From Schmidtea polychroa (taxonomy: Eukaryota), in the NCBI GenBank assembly GCA_044892525.1, contig CM097886.1:15624001-15688000 (forward strand): a stretch of DNA of 64,000 nucleotides, in the 5' to 3' direction. The translations under genes were made by a program, and so were the position numbers. Position 1 is the stretch's first letter, and each line of letters begins with the position of its first letter. The notes under the pieces were generated by a model, which saw only the letters and a list, made by a program, of their open reading frames with translations, searched no databases and was not told the DNA's origin. This document shows, in pieces, positions 12,796-26,051 of this stretch.

Positions 12796-14909
12796 TATTT
12801 CTTTTCTTTTTGTTTCTGAGTGATCGAATGGATATGGTGGTAATTTCTGCTGCTGTGTGTCTTTTTTCGGCAATTCATTTTATATTGTTATGCGTTTTAA
12901 AATGTGTTTCATGTGTAACTGCTTGCTTTTATTATTTTATGACTTATGTTTTACTTATTTTTAATTTTGTTTTTTTACTTTAGTTTTAATTGATGTTATA
13001 ATTGATTTAAAATAAATTTTTGGTGCGTTTTAATTGTTTTGTGTAGTTTTCTCAGCTGACACTTTACTTTTAATTACTTAATCACGGCTAATTTAAACAA
13101 GAAAACAAAATTAAAAATTCTTGGAGATTTTTTAGGACTTGGCCCAAAAAGAGTCTCATGTAAAACAATTAAAGGTCAAGATATAAAAATAATTTAAATT
13201 AAATTCCAAATATAAAAGAATAATCTTGGTGTTTTGTTATATGATTAGTACAAAAATACTTGCTATATACAAATTTAAATTATGGTTGTTAAGCAGCTAA
13301 ACACTGGAACCATAATTTAAACTTGAAAATTATTCGTTGAATTTACTTGAATCTATTGTTATTCGTTTTGCTTATAAAATTCACTTAATATATAAAGGTA
13401 ATTTGTTTGTATTTGTTTGTTTTGTACAATATACTAATAACAAAGAAATAAGTAAATTTAAAATCAGTACAAAATCTGTAGAATTTTTGGAAAATCGTAA
13501 CGTATTTCTTTTTATCACTTTTTGTTTCTCAGAATTCTGGCACAACTCATCTCCACTTTCAGACAGGTTTTTACCTTTGATAATTTTTTTATTTAATAAT
13601 TATTGGATTTATTATTTAGGCATCTTCAGCAAAACTGATAGGATATAAATGCTAGTTATCACAGAATTATAATCGTCCTACATTCAGGATTAATTTAAAA
13701 TAAATGATAACTGTCAAAATGACTACTTTGGTCTGTTTAATGTGAACTTTTACTGGCTTGAGTCAAATAAAAATCGAAATTTCAAGTCAGTGGGAAGTAA
13801 GAAGTATATCATTCCCAAAATGGTAAATAAAAAAAAGACTAAACAAGACATTCCGGAAAGTTTCAATTTTTATTTTGGTCGATTTCTGGGAAATATATTT
13901 AAAGTTAATAATTAGTGCAATATAATTAATTATTTCCTTTCTTGATTTGTCTGATAAAATATGTAGTAGTAAGTCAATCAAATATATCCGTATACAAAAC
14001 ATTCTTCTTTCTTTCTGAACACTTAATTTTTCTAAGATAGTGATATATTTTTAATTTTTTAACGAATTTGACGTACAGCTCACGCATGTTATTCGTAATA
14101 TATTATAGAATATTTTAAGGTAAGGATTACATTCTATTATTATTAGTATTATATTCTTTTTACGAGTATATTCTATATATTATATTACTGTATGTTTTTA
14201 AGGAGGACGCCAAGATAGAATCATGCCTTGGGAGCCAGTTATGCTCGCCACTCCACTGTTTCAAGTCAAAAATAATAATAAATCTATAAAGTCCAAAGGG
14301 TTCATGCTAAGAATTTATAATCTTTATATCCAACTCTCAAAAAGAAATACATCTAAAAAAGCAAAACTGCATTACAATTTCCCAAATAGGACAAATCCCA
14401 GAAGCGATTAATTGTTAATATCCAACAAAACAAATTCCACTTAAAAGTTATTAAATCGCATTTGAAGTTTTATTAGCAAATTGTTGTCGGGAGAAAATCA
14501 TGTAAAACTCGGCAATTTGATGTAAATGCCAATATTAAACCGCTCGCTCGGTTGCGATTTCCATTAATTGAATTTTGACACTCGCTCTCATCGGGGAAAT
14601 TATCCGCGCCGCAAATATCACTAGAATTATTATTATTTCACAAACCTGATATTAAAAAATTATTTCTAAAATTAATAAATCAAAGATGAGAGATTGAAAA
14701 AGTGAAATTTGTTTCTGGATATCACCAAATATTCCAATGACATACAAAATAAATAATTATTTGACAATAGTGGCTCATGGCGTTTCATGTGTTGTTTTTG
14801 ACTGTCAAAAATTTAGTAATTGTTCGACAATAATAGTGATAATGATGATGATAATGATGAAAATAATAATAATACTAATAATAATAATAACAATAAAATG
14901 ATAATTTAA

Positions 14910-15026
14910 GCCTTCTGCTGCGAATAATGTATTTAATGAAAATATTTTCGGCTATAAGATAGATTGACAAGGACTATCTTATAGTCGAAAGTGTTTACAT
15001 TAAATACATTATTCGCAGCAAAAGGC
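14910..15026. mobile_element. Palindromic fold-back MITE with TTAA flanks (piggyBac-like)
   Basis: TTAA|GCCTTCTGCTGCGAATAATG...CATTATTCGCAGCAAAAGGC|TTAA; arms of about 53 bp around an 11-nt spacer; partial copies at about 38570-38640, 40390-40475 and 57262-57326. Confidence 0.7.
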
Positions 15027-16635
15027 TTAAATTAACCCTTAATTGTTTTATATAATAAATGCTGCTATTGTTGTACTAGGACTGATTTCTAGATCCAAAA
15101 ACTAAGTTCATGACTGAAATATGTCGGTACACAACTTGCAACTCAGCACTAAGTTAATTAAAATCAAAACATATAAAACACCAATTAAACAATAATAATA
15201 AAGAAAACAACGCACAAAAATTAAAACATCCAAATAAAAATAAAATGAAACCCAACAAGAAGTAGTGCACAAAATCTTACTCAGATATAACAGAAAAACA
15301 TACACACAATCGAAAACAAATCCGAATAATGGCGATTTGAAAAAATTAAAGAGAAAATTAAATAAAAAAGAAACTTATTTAGACAAAATTAGAGGAAATT
15401 TCAATTATAAAACCCAGAACAATCCATAAAAGTGGCGAAATTCATCATGGCCACCAAACAACCTAATAAAAGTTATAAAAATAAATATTTTAATTAAAAT
15501 ATAAAAATTTTTAATTAAAAAAAGAAAAATTTACAAAAAAACAATTTAAAAATTAAGAATTAGATTAAATTTAACAAGGAATGTTCTGGAAATGCCCAAA
15601 TCCATCTTGGAGGCAAATTTAGTAAAAATAATTATAATATAAAATTTTGAAAAATAAAACAAAAATTAATGCGAAAAAACCGCCAAGAAAATTATTAAAA
15701 ATCAAAAATAGAAAATTCTAGAATTACAACTAATTCTGATTTGTTTTACTGTACTAACACATGCACACAAACTCGTACACCAAAAATCAGGTATATATAC
15801 CGAAGTATTTCAGTCACAAAAAGACTCTTTATTTCCAAAAGCAAAACACTCACTCTTTTCGCCAAGATACACTCGATTTTGTCAAATCTATTTCTGTGAA
15901 AAGTTTGGAAAGAACCGATAAGTAAGGATTTTTCATTAATATATGAGTTATCATGTTTACAGATGAATTTCTTTTATTTTTTGTTTTCAAATCTTCAACA
16001 ATGATTTAGAGGGATTGGTTGAGATCCCTGTTTTTGATAATTTCAACACGAGAGCCCAACCAATCCGGCATCTATACTATGAGGTCTATGATATGAGGTC
16101 CACAACCTGCAAATACAATAAATAAATGATTACCAACCCGGAGTGGCGGTTGACTGTAGTGTGTATACGGTGTAGTGTATCTGCTTGAAGATACTTCGTG
16201 GTGACCAACTTAGTTTTGTGATAAATATGTTTTTAATTAATTTATTTGCGATTACAACGGGCTTTTTGGTTCGCCTGTAGCTGCGTTGCTTACATGACAT
16301 TAGGGCTTATCGTAGTGAGTACAGTGCGGCCATGAAAGTAAGCAAGTTTTAATTAATTTGACCATTTCTACCCGTACCCGGTAGCTTGATATTAAGTTTA
16401 CCCGTACCCGGTCCGTACCCGACTCGTACCTACCCGAGAATAATCCGAAACTAAATTAAACCTGATAATATTTGTGACCGTAACTACACTAAAAAAATAC
16501 GATACAAAAGCTATGCGCTAGTTACACAAAAAAGAATTTAAAAAAACTTAGAATATTGTCATTTTATTATTCAATTTATTAAATCATAATTAGAACGAAT
16601 AACTAAAATATCGTCGATTCTGGATGCAGCCAGTG

Positions 16636-17488
16636 TGTAATGTATAGTTATTTTTACTAGTATTTTAGTGTTCACAATTAGGGATTGTGAACACTAAAAT
16701 ATAAATTGTCACCATCTGGAAAACCCAGATTTTCAAAAAAAAAACTATATAGCGATAATTCACTAATTCGCTAAAGGAAATTGAAAAATTAAAAAAAAAT
16801 CAATAAGAAAAGATTTATCAAAGATAGAAAAGCTACGATCTAATCAAAGGATTTCCCTGACGGTTTTAAAAAGTTAATTCATCTAGAACCACTAGAAACT
16901 TTTGAAACAGTTACAAGTACCAAAAGTATTTTCATTTCAACTTCTAGAATTGTATCTTCTATAAATACACAAATACCTTCAACTGAATCTCAGCCTAATC
17001 CCTCAAATTCATTACATTGTCAAAGAACAAGTAAATCAGGAAACTCGAATTATTTACTGAATCTCAGCCTAATCCCTCAAATTCATTACATTGTCAAAGA
17101 ACAAGTAAATCAGGAAACTCGAATTATTTACTGAATCTCAGCCTAATCCCTCAAATTCATTACATTGTCAAAGAACAAGTAAATCAGGAAACTCGAATTA
17201 TTTACTGAATCTCAGCCTACTCCCTCAAATTCATTACATTGAGATTATTTCGAGACCTAACTGACCTACCTCCGGACTCAAGGTTCTTAATTTTGTTTTG
17301 AATAAAGTTTTGTTACAATCTATATTATTGTTGATTATTATTTTTATTTTTTATTTGTTACACAGCACACACCCCGATTGTCCCAACACATTTTATCGGT
17401 GACTCTTTCGGGCTCGACAATCTTCTTATTAAACATACAAGAACATACGAAAACATACAACAATTTTCTTATTAAACTTACACTAACA
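16636..17488 (+). mobile_element. Solo LTR
   Basis: TGTAATG...AACA ends; 5-bp TSD CAGTG at 16631-16635 and 17489-17493; homologous to 32364-33153. Confidence 0.9.
16983..17241 (+). repeat. 74-bp tandem repeat, about 3.5 copies, inside the solo LTR
   Basis: Units start at 16983, 17057, 17131 and 17205; the three full units appear identical. Confidence 0.95.
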
Positions 17489-19786
17489 CAGTGCATTGCT
17501 CTTCTTAGTTATAGTATTGCCAGCGTCCGAAAAGTTGCATTTTGACATAGATGAAGAAGCGGGTATGCATAGTACAGACCTAGCTGCTCTGGCCATGATA
17601 GGCAAATTCTTTGCATTCTACCACCATTCTAAAATATCAAAATCCTCACAACTGCGATCGTGCTTTAGTAAGCGAAGTAGAGAGTAAAGCTTTATCTCAG
17701 TTTCAATTTGTTCCAAAAGAATTGGTTCTTTTAGTATTTCTGCTTCAAGTTCTGACTCATCATCTGAAGAACTTCCCGCAAATGAAATAATGTCTTTCTT
17801 GTGAACTGTTCTTTGCCGTTTAACTTGTTGTTGCACTAACTTGTTGTTGCACTATCTTGTTAATCTGCTCATTTTCCGTACTGCCACTTTAACTCTCCCC
17901 AACCTTCTGCATTAAACAAAGTAATTGCGACTGACATTTATTAATTGTGTCGATCGAAACTTCAAACTTTGATTCTAATCTTGCTTTTTGACGGGGATCG
18001 AGATACGCAGCCAAAACATGTAAATCTTCTAGCTTCCACTTAGACTTTATTGTTTCATGTACAAGTTCTGCAATCTTTTGCTTTTGTGGCTTTTTTGGAT
18101 CTTCCATAATTGATTTGCAATGAGCTATAAGTCTGAACCTCTCATAAACAATAAGATGAAAAGTTGGTGTCTTAAACTGCTCTAATACCAAAGTTGAAAC
18201 TTGGTATTCGGATAAAAAAGAAGCTAAATCTTCTAACAAATTCTTATCAATCTTGGCAATCAGCAACTGCTTTCTTCTTGGCTCCAAAATTGCGTAAATT
18301 TCGTGATAGACTTTAATCATACTTACTAGTAGTCTTAGAAGCGAGTTTCACCGAGTGCAGTTTTCTTGTTTGAGTGTCGAAGTCAGATAAATTTGAAGAT
18401 TTGCTTGCTTAAAATATGTCACTAAAGTTTTACAATTGTCAATTAATTCAAATATTTCTGGGGCTAAATAAAAAAATCGATAAAATGGTGATGAGCGATT
18501 TCCATTTACAACTTCATTTGTTTTGTTGAATACGGTTGTCAACTTATGATCAGCACATGGCAGCCAAGAATATTTAGAACGAATTCCACCAATGGCAGCC
18601 ATATTAGAACCACTATCAGAGCATAAAATTGCTAATGAAGAATTATTACAACCATATTTAGCTAGATATTGCTCAAATTCTTTCAACACTTCATTGGCTG
18701 TGTGTGACTCAGCATGGAATACTTTAACCTGAAGAGGTCGAGCGTTCAATAAATATTCAGAATTGATGTAATGAATTGTTATTGACATAAAAGAGCGTTT
18801 TTTAATCGAGTCAGTCCATAGATCGGCTGTAAATCCAGCTGCAATATTATCATCAAAATGCTGCTTACATTTAGCTTTAACAAGTTCTCTAACTTGTGCT
18901 GCCATATCAATAACATTATTCTTGACAGTGTTTGAACTAGGCATTAGATCAACAATGTCCACAGGCCTGATTAGAGTCACCCCAATTTCCAATATCACCT
19001 TACATAGTTGCTGAAATCCGGAATCGCTTAATTAAAAAAATGGTGCTATGTCTTTTGCACACATTACCGCTGCTGCCCTAGCTACTTTTGTTTTGTCTCC
19101 AGATCTTGCGTTGCCTTTTTGTAAATATTGTTGCATTGCGCCGGTCTGACTCGATGCCGATGTTGATCCAGATTTGCAAGATTTCGCATGTTGGTTGATC
19201 GTTGATGTGCCAAGTGATGATTTGTAAGTAAACACAGTTTGACAATAATTGCAGACAACAAAGTTGTTACTATCAAACTCTAGAAGAGCATTCAAATACT
19301 TCTCATACACAAATAAAAACGTCTTCCAACATTTGGAAGCACTTTTCTTCGTATTACAATTCTTCCTTAGTTCTAACACTTTGCAAGAATCATCGCATTT
19401 ATATAATTCAACTTTAATATACTCTTTAGTTGCATTAATAGTTTGAGTCATTTAATATGTTTTAAACTTATTAAATATAGAATTCGTAAATTTAACACGA
19501 CAGAATCTGCTTTCGGCAAGCGGCGTGCACAAAATTTTGAACCAATGAGATTTCAGTGTTCACGTGATTTATGCTTGCGTGTGCACTGTGCACTCGCGCC
19601 ATCTATTTTTATGATATAAAATAGCGTTTCTCAACCTTTTTGGCCTGTGGCCTCCTTTTGAGATTTTCTTTTTGGTGTGGCCCCCACATCTCTAATATTT
19701 GTTCGAAAAAAGTAGATATTAAAAATAAAACTATTTAAAAATTCCAAAACATATTTTAAATAAACGTGTACATATATAAAACATAC

Positions 19787-21309
19787 CAGGCCCGTACCGT
19801 CGGGGGGCCCAGGAGGGCCCGGCCCCCCAAACGCAAGTCTGGCCCCCCCAAATAAAAAAACGGACATGAATAAAAAATTACATTCAATATGTTTGATAAA
19901 AGAAAAATTGCTATCGTGCACACATGCATTGAGTTGCACATGTAGAGGTTTATGTAGTGTGGACGGGGGTAGGATGTTCCATCTATCTGCCTCACTGGAA
20001 GAGACTGGTATGTGAAGTCGGTGGCGTGGGTAGGGTGCGTGCTGTCTGTCTTTCCTGCCTCACAGGCAGTAACAACGCATGGAGGCATGATTGAGTGTCA
20101 GAGCACGGAGTGGGTGCATTGTGGTCTTCATACGATGGTAGAGAGATAGGCCAATGAGAGCACATCACATGTCATTATACTCAACTCACTCCTATGGCAG
20201 AGTGACATGTTAATTGATCATATTTTGTAACATTTTTTTCATCGTATTAGATTCTAATATTATTAGAATAATATTATTAGAATTATATTATTAAATCTTA
20301 TATTTTTTTCACTCTATGTTTAGAAAATTTTTAAAAATGAAAATTTAAGTTTAAAGGTTAAGAGACTTCCTGATAGAAAAAACAAAATATATAAACATGA
20401 TTTAAGAAAATATTGCTTAATTGAAAAATAACTTTGAAAAATATATACTTTTTAGTAAAAAAAAGTAGTATTTGAACGGTGGATATTTTATCATTTTATT
20501 TTGTTTAAATATTATCTATTTTTAAGATCATTCCAAATTCAGTAATTTTATTAATTTTTAATACATTTTCATATATTTCTTCTGTATTTATTTAGTCTAC
20601 AATTAAAATCTTTTTTATTTTCATCTTTTTTATTTTATTATTATTTATTTTATTTTTATGGTTGTATTAAGATAATAAATAATAAGATAATAAATAATAA
20701 GATAATAATAATTAGAACATGTCGACAGAAAAGAGTATCATGAATTTCTTCCAAGTCATTCCAAAGAATTCTGTGACTTCAGTCACTTCATCCAGTGATA
20801 GTATCTCTGCTACTATGTCCTCAACTTGTGCTAGTCCTTCATCTGTACCTGCTATTTCATGTATCCGTGACAGTGCAGTGATGTCCTCATCTACTAAATG
20901 TGATCTGGGTGAAGAAATGCCACGCCAGCCAACTGCTGTAAATTTCCCAAAGACTTCGTTTGGTTCAAGGGAACGCTCATTTTCGTCTGTGTGGTATAAT
21001 GGAAGACCATATTTGGAGTACTCTATTGAGAAAGATGCAGTCTTCTGCTTTTGCTGTAGAAAATTTTCATTGCCCGGCTCTGCTGGCGAAAGTGCTTTCA
21101 TAACAGGAGGATTCCAAAATTGGAAATCGGGTTTAGAAAAAGGAAAAGGTTTTCAAAAGCATGAATCTTCTGTTGGCCACATCCATGCCATGGAATGCTG
21201 GAAAGAGAAACAGCTGAGATGTGAAAAAGGTGAGGAAGTTTGCACTTTGATTAATGAAACACAGCTGAAGAACAACCGTTATTACATATTTTTTCAACAA
21301 ATTATGTAA
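19787..21309 (+). mobile_element. 5' part of a ZMYM1-like hAT element with a TTF-type zinc finger ORF (20719-21309); 3'-truncated
   Basis: Starts CAGGCCCG; ORF has RERSFSSVWYNGRPYLEYSIEKDAVFCFCCRKF..GFQNWK..KHESSVGH. Confidence 0.8.
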
Positions 21310-21331
21310 AAAAATTGATCGTTTTCTTTAT

Positions 21332-24300
21332 TTAGTGTGATCCTTGTGCTTGATGCAATTTAGCCAATTTATTAATTTCGGGCTTCAATGTTGTTAGCGA
21401 CATACGCAGTCGCCTCTTTGCACAACATCAAGACAGTTTCGTGCTTTTGAGAGGAGATGCATAACTCGACTAAATCCAGATTCAACCAAATAAGATGTGG
21501 GAAATGCAATGAAATATAACCTAGCTTCTCCCATAACTGTGGGAATGTACTGGCTATTTCATTGCTGATCCAGAAATTATCTTTATTTAATTTAAATCTA
21601 ACTTGAGCATTCATACCACTTTGCAAGTCCACAAGACTTTCTTGCAGTTCGATATTGATATCAGCTGCATTCACACTAAATGGATCAATTACCCAATCTG
21701 GAATATTTAAATTAATAATATCAATAAATCTAACTCGCATATTCTCACGAAGCTGTTTCAAATGATTAATATATATTTCCAAATCATCATCTTGTATTTC
21801 ATTTAAAATTGTGGCCAATGATGAAAATTGCGCTAACTCACGACGACCAATATTCGTTATGAAAAGATTCAGCTTTCCCAAAAAAGCATTAATTACTTTT
21901 TTACACGTTATGAGATTACAATTTTTTCCTTGTAACTGTTTGTTTAATAAATTAAGTTTTTCAAATATATCTGATAAATAAAATATGTCACATTTTACAC
22001 TAACCAGCTCCACTCCGAATTCTGCATCTTTCATAAAAGATATAATACTATTCCAAAGCATAACAAACCGTTTTAATCTATTACCCTTCGATAACAACCG
22101 AACTTCTGTGTGTAATAGGAGGCGCTCAAAGCCTTCCTCATTTGTCGGAAGAGGCGATCTCGAAGTGGACTTGATTTAATGAAAATTATTGTTTTTATTA
22201 CAATATTATGAGATTCATGTAAACGCCCTCTTAACGTTTTTGCAACCAAATGTTGACGATGAATTACGGAATGTAATAAAGAAATATTTGGCACATCATT
22301 CTTCAGATATGTGATAAATCCTCGATATTTACCAACCATTGAAGCAGCGCCATCGGTTGCGCATGCTAGTATATTTTCAAGCGGGATATTTTTCTCCATA
22401 AAAATTTTTTTAACTTCTTGATATATCTTTTCACCTTTTGTGTCAGTTTTAAGTTTTCTGGCAAAGAGCATTTGTTCAATAAACTTGTCATTATCTTGAA
22501 ATCTAACATACGCCATTAATAGAGCTTCACTATCACGTATAGAGGATTCTTCTAATTGTAGGGCAAACTTCTTAACTTGCAAATGAGCAATTAGTAGTTT
22601 TTCCACATCATCTGCCTTTTCATCGATACGCCTCGATACTGAAGAATTGCTCAAAGGAATGACTTGAGTAATTGCATTTGGGTTCTGATTCATGACCCTT
22701 GAAATAACAATAGACACTGATGGCAAAATCAAAGATTCTGCAATAGTATGTTCTCTTCCAACTTTTGCAATTAACTGCGAAATCTCATAAGAAGCAATTA
22801 ATCCATTGTTAATCATCGATGACTTTTCATTAAATACTTGTAAAATTGTTTTTCTTGATCGAAAACCATCTTGAAGTTTTTTAAAAAATTCAACTGGCTT
22901 GTCTTTTTTGTCTTCATGTGCAGTTTCTAAATGTTTTTGTAATTTGCATGGTCGCATACTTTCGTTTCATAATACAGGCCCGACAAGAGGGGGGGGGGGG
23001 GGTTGAGGGGGGCCCCGGAGAAAAAATCTATTATGATTTAAATCACTTAATTTTTTATGAAAAAACCATGATTTCAATTTGTAGGAACTATGTTCCTCCT
23101 TTTGTAGTGCGTGTGTGTGGGGTACGTCTGGAGAGTGTCCGTTGCCAAGATTGCACAAGGGTACGATAATGGATCCAATATGAGTGGCTCATATAAAGGT
23201 GCTCAAGCTCATATTTTGCAAATCAATCCACTGGCAATATTTTCCCCTTGTGCATGTCATAGTTTACATTTGTATGGTGTTCATGCAGCAGAATCTTGTC
23301 ATGAGGTTGTAACGTTTTTTGGTACGGTACAAAAATTATACAATATTTTTAGCAGTAGCTCTCAAAGATTGGAAATATTAAAAAATAATACTGGACGTTC
23401 ATTGTACTCTATGTCAAATACACGTTGGTCTGCTAGAATTGAATGTATTAAACCAATTGCTGAAAATTTCCTGCAATTAAAAGTGCCATAGATTCTGTTC
23501 TAGAATTAAACTTAACATGGGAAATTCGTTCAGATCTGAACAGAATAAAAAAATATATGGAATTGTTTGAATTCTTAGTAATGGCTAAAATTTGGTACAA
23601 AGTCCTTCAAGCTATAAATTATAGAAATATTGTTTTACAAGCTCGTGATGCGACAATTGATGTAGAAGTAGCGAATTTGTCAAGTCTTCTTGATGAATTA
23701 CAAACAATAAGAGATAGTTGGGAAACTCTCTTCAATGAATGTAAATTGTTTGGTTCATCTTTAGAGATAAATACAGATTTTGAAACAAAACATAGTAAAA
23801 GGAAAAAATGGGGGAACGAATTAGAAATGACACCAAGTGACGAATTCAGAACAAATGTTTTCAATGTTTTCTTAGATTGTATTATTGGAAATATTGCAAG
23901 AAGATTTAATGCGGCTAAAGAAATTGATTCGTTATTCAATGTATTATGGTTATTTCATAACCTTAATGATGAAGAAATACAAAAGAAGTCCGAAAAATTA
24001 CAAAAAGTATATGAAAATGATATTGACCATAATCTTGGTGAAGAAATACTCCATTTAAAATCAATTTATGATGCCAATATACAAAACAAATCTCTCTCGC
24101 CCATTGAGTTACTAAACATCATTAAAAAATGAAACTGGATGTATTGTTTCCCAACATAATAATAGCAATAAGATTATTTTGTACGATCCCTGTAACCGTT
24201 ACTGAAGCAGAACGATCCTTTAGTGTTTAAAAAAGGATAAAAGATGTTTTGAGATCCACAATGTCACAACACCGATTGAATGATTTAGGAATGTTGTCGA

Positions 24301-24744
24301 TTGAATCTGAAATGGCTAAGAAAATTGATTTTCAAGACGTAATTAATTTGTTTGCTAGGCGCAAGGTTCGGAAAGCAACATTCTAAAAAATAATTTGTTT
24401 TTTGTACATTTTTTTGTAATTTTAGTTCTAAACGTTTTCATTTTTGTAAGAGAATTATTGATGAATACATTGTTCCAATAACAATTAGGATATTTTTCGG
24501 TTTCCCGCTTCATTTATAAATAGCCCAAAGTCCGAGGGGGAAATTATTTTTCACGCTCTTGGCAGGGGCCCACACAAGAAGCACAAGAAGTATATCCCCG
24601 GGCCCCAAAAGTCCTCTCGGCGGCTCTGCAGCCATACACAATAAACACATAGGCTTTTTAATATCTACTGTCGATTGAATAAACCCATACACGAGATAAT
24701 CGATGGAATATTGTCGACATTTTTTCTTAGTCTCACTACTAATG
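21332..24744 (-). pseudogene. Charlie/Buster (ZBED5/SCAND3-like) transposase, interrupted at 22975-24628
   Basis: KKCRQYSIDYLVYGF..PMCLLCMA|VL*NESMRPCKLQKHLET, FALQLEESS, ATDGAASMVG, HSVIHRQHL, and C-terminal LAKLHQAQGSH*. Confidence 0.9.
22975..24628 (+). mobile_element. Internally deleted ZMYM1-like hAT element retaining the 3' half of its transposase
   Basis: TIR CAGGCCCGACAAGAGG / CCTCTCGGCGGCTCTG (12/16). Remnant peptides GYDNGSNMSG, CACHSL, TRWSARIE, AERSFSV..LRSTMSQHRLNDLGMLSIE. Confidence 0.85.
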
Positions 24745-25699
24745 GTTATCTAAATAAATATTTTTATTTTAATAAAATTTGCTATTAAAGTGATTTAAAA
24801 AATCTCATTGGTCTTGAATTACATATGCATACATGTGTAATAAGAACATTACAATAAAGATAAAATCGCAAATTTATAAAAACTTACAATTTGTAGAAAA
24901 TTACAATTCACTTTCGAAAGATCGAATTGTTCCACGTCTCCACTCAATACGTGTCAAAACCCAACTAACAATAACAAGAATGCGCTTTGTGAACACGTGC
25001 AAGATTCAACATGTCTTTGTTTACGCAATGCAAACGCACAGTCAAAAGAAACAAATATATTTAATATTATATTACCTGAATTATATGCAATGGTGTGACA
25101 ACTAAATCTTTCTGGCTCAATTTTTTCAATATAATTTAAATATAATATTTTATTATTTTGTTTCAGCTGTGGCCCCCTTAGAGTTTGCTATGGCTCCCAA
25201 AAGTTTATTTTTGCCCTGTGGCCCCCAGGGGGGCCATATGGCCTCAGATTGAAAATCGCTGATATAAAATATGATATAAAACAGAATAATTTTAACAGAT
25301 GTAAAGTAAATAAAGTAAGTAAAGTAAGTAAACAGATGTTACCCGAACCCTACCCGACTGTCAACTCTTAAAAACTTTACCCGTACCCTACCTGTTCCCG
25401 TCGGGTACGGGTAGGGTACGGGTACCCGTTGTGACCTCTGGTGGAAATACCGAGAATGGCATTCGATATAGTACACCAAGCATACTTGGAGATTTCGGAT
25501 CATTGCATTAATGTTCAACTTGTGCAGCATCAGATGGATTTCTGACAGTGTAAATTATAATAATATTTATGATTTATATAATTTAAATGAAAATAAATTA
25601 ATTTTTAAACCATATCACTCTAGTAATGTTAAAAGTTCGAATACTTGCAATATAAAAGTGGAAAATCCTAAAACAATTTATAATTAATTATAACCATAT

Positions 25700-25965
25700 A
25701 GAAGGAACCCCCATGTTGAAATTACAATAAATAAAGAAAAAACAATGTGTGCGCTTGATACTGTGGCAAAGATTAGTGTTTTAGAGTACGATATTTATAA
25801 AAGATCTGAAAAGATTTGAAGATTGGAGAAATGTGATATTGAAGTGAAATGTGCAAACGGCAGTGGAATAACTGTAATGGGAAAGATAAATATAACTGTA
25901 ATTTTAGGGGGTATTTCAAAACCAATAGAATTCTATGTTACTCGAGAAGTTGTTCCAAAAGTTGT
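25700..25965 (+). pseudogene. Retroviral-type aspartic protease fragment (N-terminal two-thirds)
   Basis: PHVEITINKEKTMCALDTVAKISVL..VKCANGSGITVMGKINITV; catalytic DTG reads DTV; one in-frame stop. Confidence 0.8.
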
Positions 25966-26051
25966 TCCAAATTGCCGCGCTCGGGTTTTCTTCATTCGCT
26001 CGGGTTCTCCATTGGCTCGGATTTCCCTTTAGCTCAGGTTTCCCATTAGCC
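25963..26051 (-). mobile_element. Inverted fragment of the CCCGAG-repeat LTR family
   Basis: Matches the reverse complement of about 42148-42225; joined to the protease fragment through shared TTCCAAA. Confidence 0.8.

Larger units (their letters stand above)
16571..19451 (-). pseudogene. hobo/Hermes-like hAT transposase with frameshifts/stops, split by a solo LTR
   Basis: BED finger (CWKTF..CNYC..HAKSC), TADLWTD, SDSGSNM, CADH, TR*NS (RW motif mutated to stop), LDPR, and C-terminal DAGNTITKKSNAL|AASRIDDILVIRSN joined across the LTR. Confidence 0.9.
19622..25261 (-). mobile_element. Charlie/Buster-type hAT element inserted upstream of the Hermes-like transposase
   Basis: TIR TAGCGTTTCTCAAC / GATTGAAAATCGCTG; perfect 8-bp TSD ATATAAAA at 19614-19621 and 25262-25269. 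Confidence 0.9.
16368..25440 (-). mobile_element. hobo/Hermes-like hAT element, outermost layer of a nest; left terminus lost
   Basis: Right terminus GTTGTGACCTCTG (25440) with ACCCG(TAC) subterminal repeats at 25340-25430; the same repeats recur at 16368-16420; transposase lies between them. Confidence 0.7.

Noticed and set aside
15060-15830. DIRS/MULE-type element suggested by a 22-bp inverted repeat (about 15108 and 15797)
   Set aside because: The match does not extend, and there is no TSD or coding remnant.
16983-17241. CRISPR-like array
   Set aside because: Head-to-tail identical 74-bp units with no unique spacers, inside a eukaryotic LTR; no cas genes.
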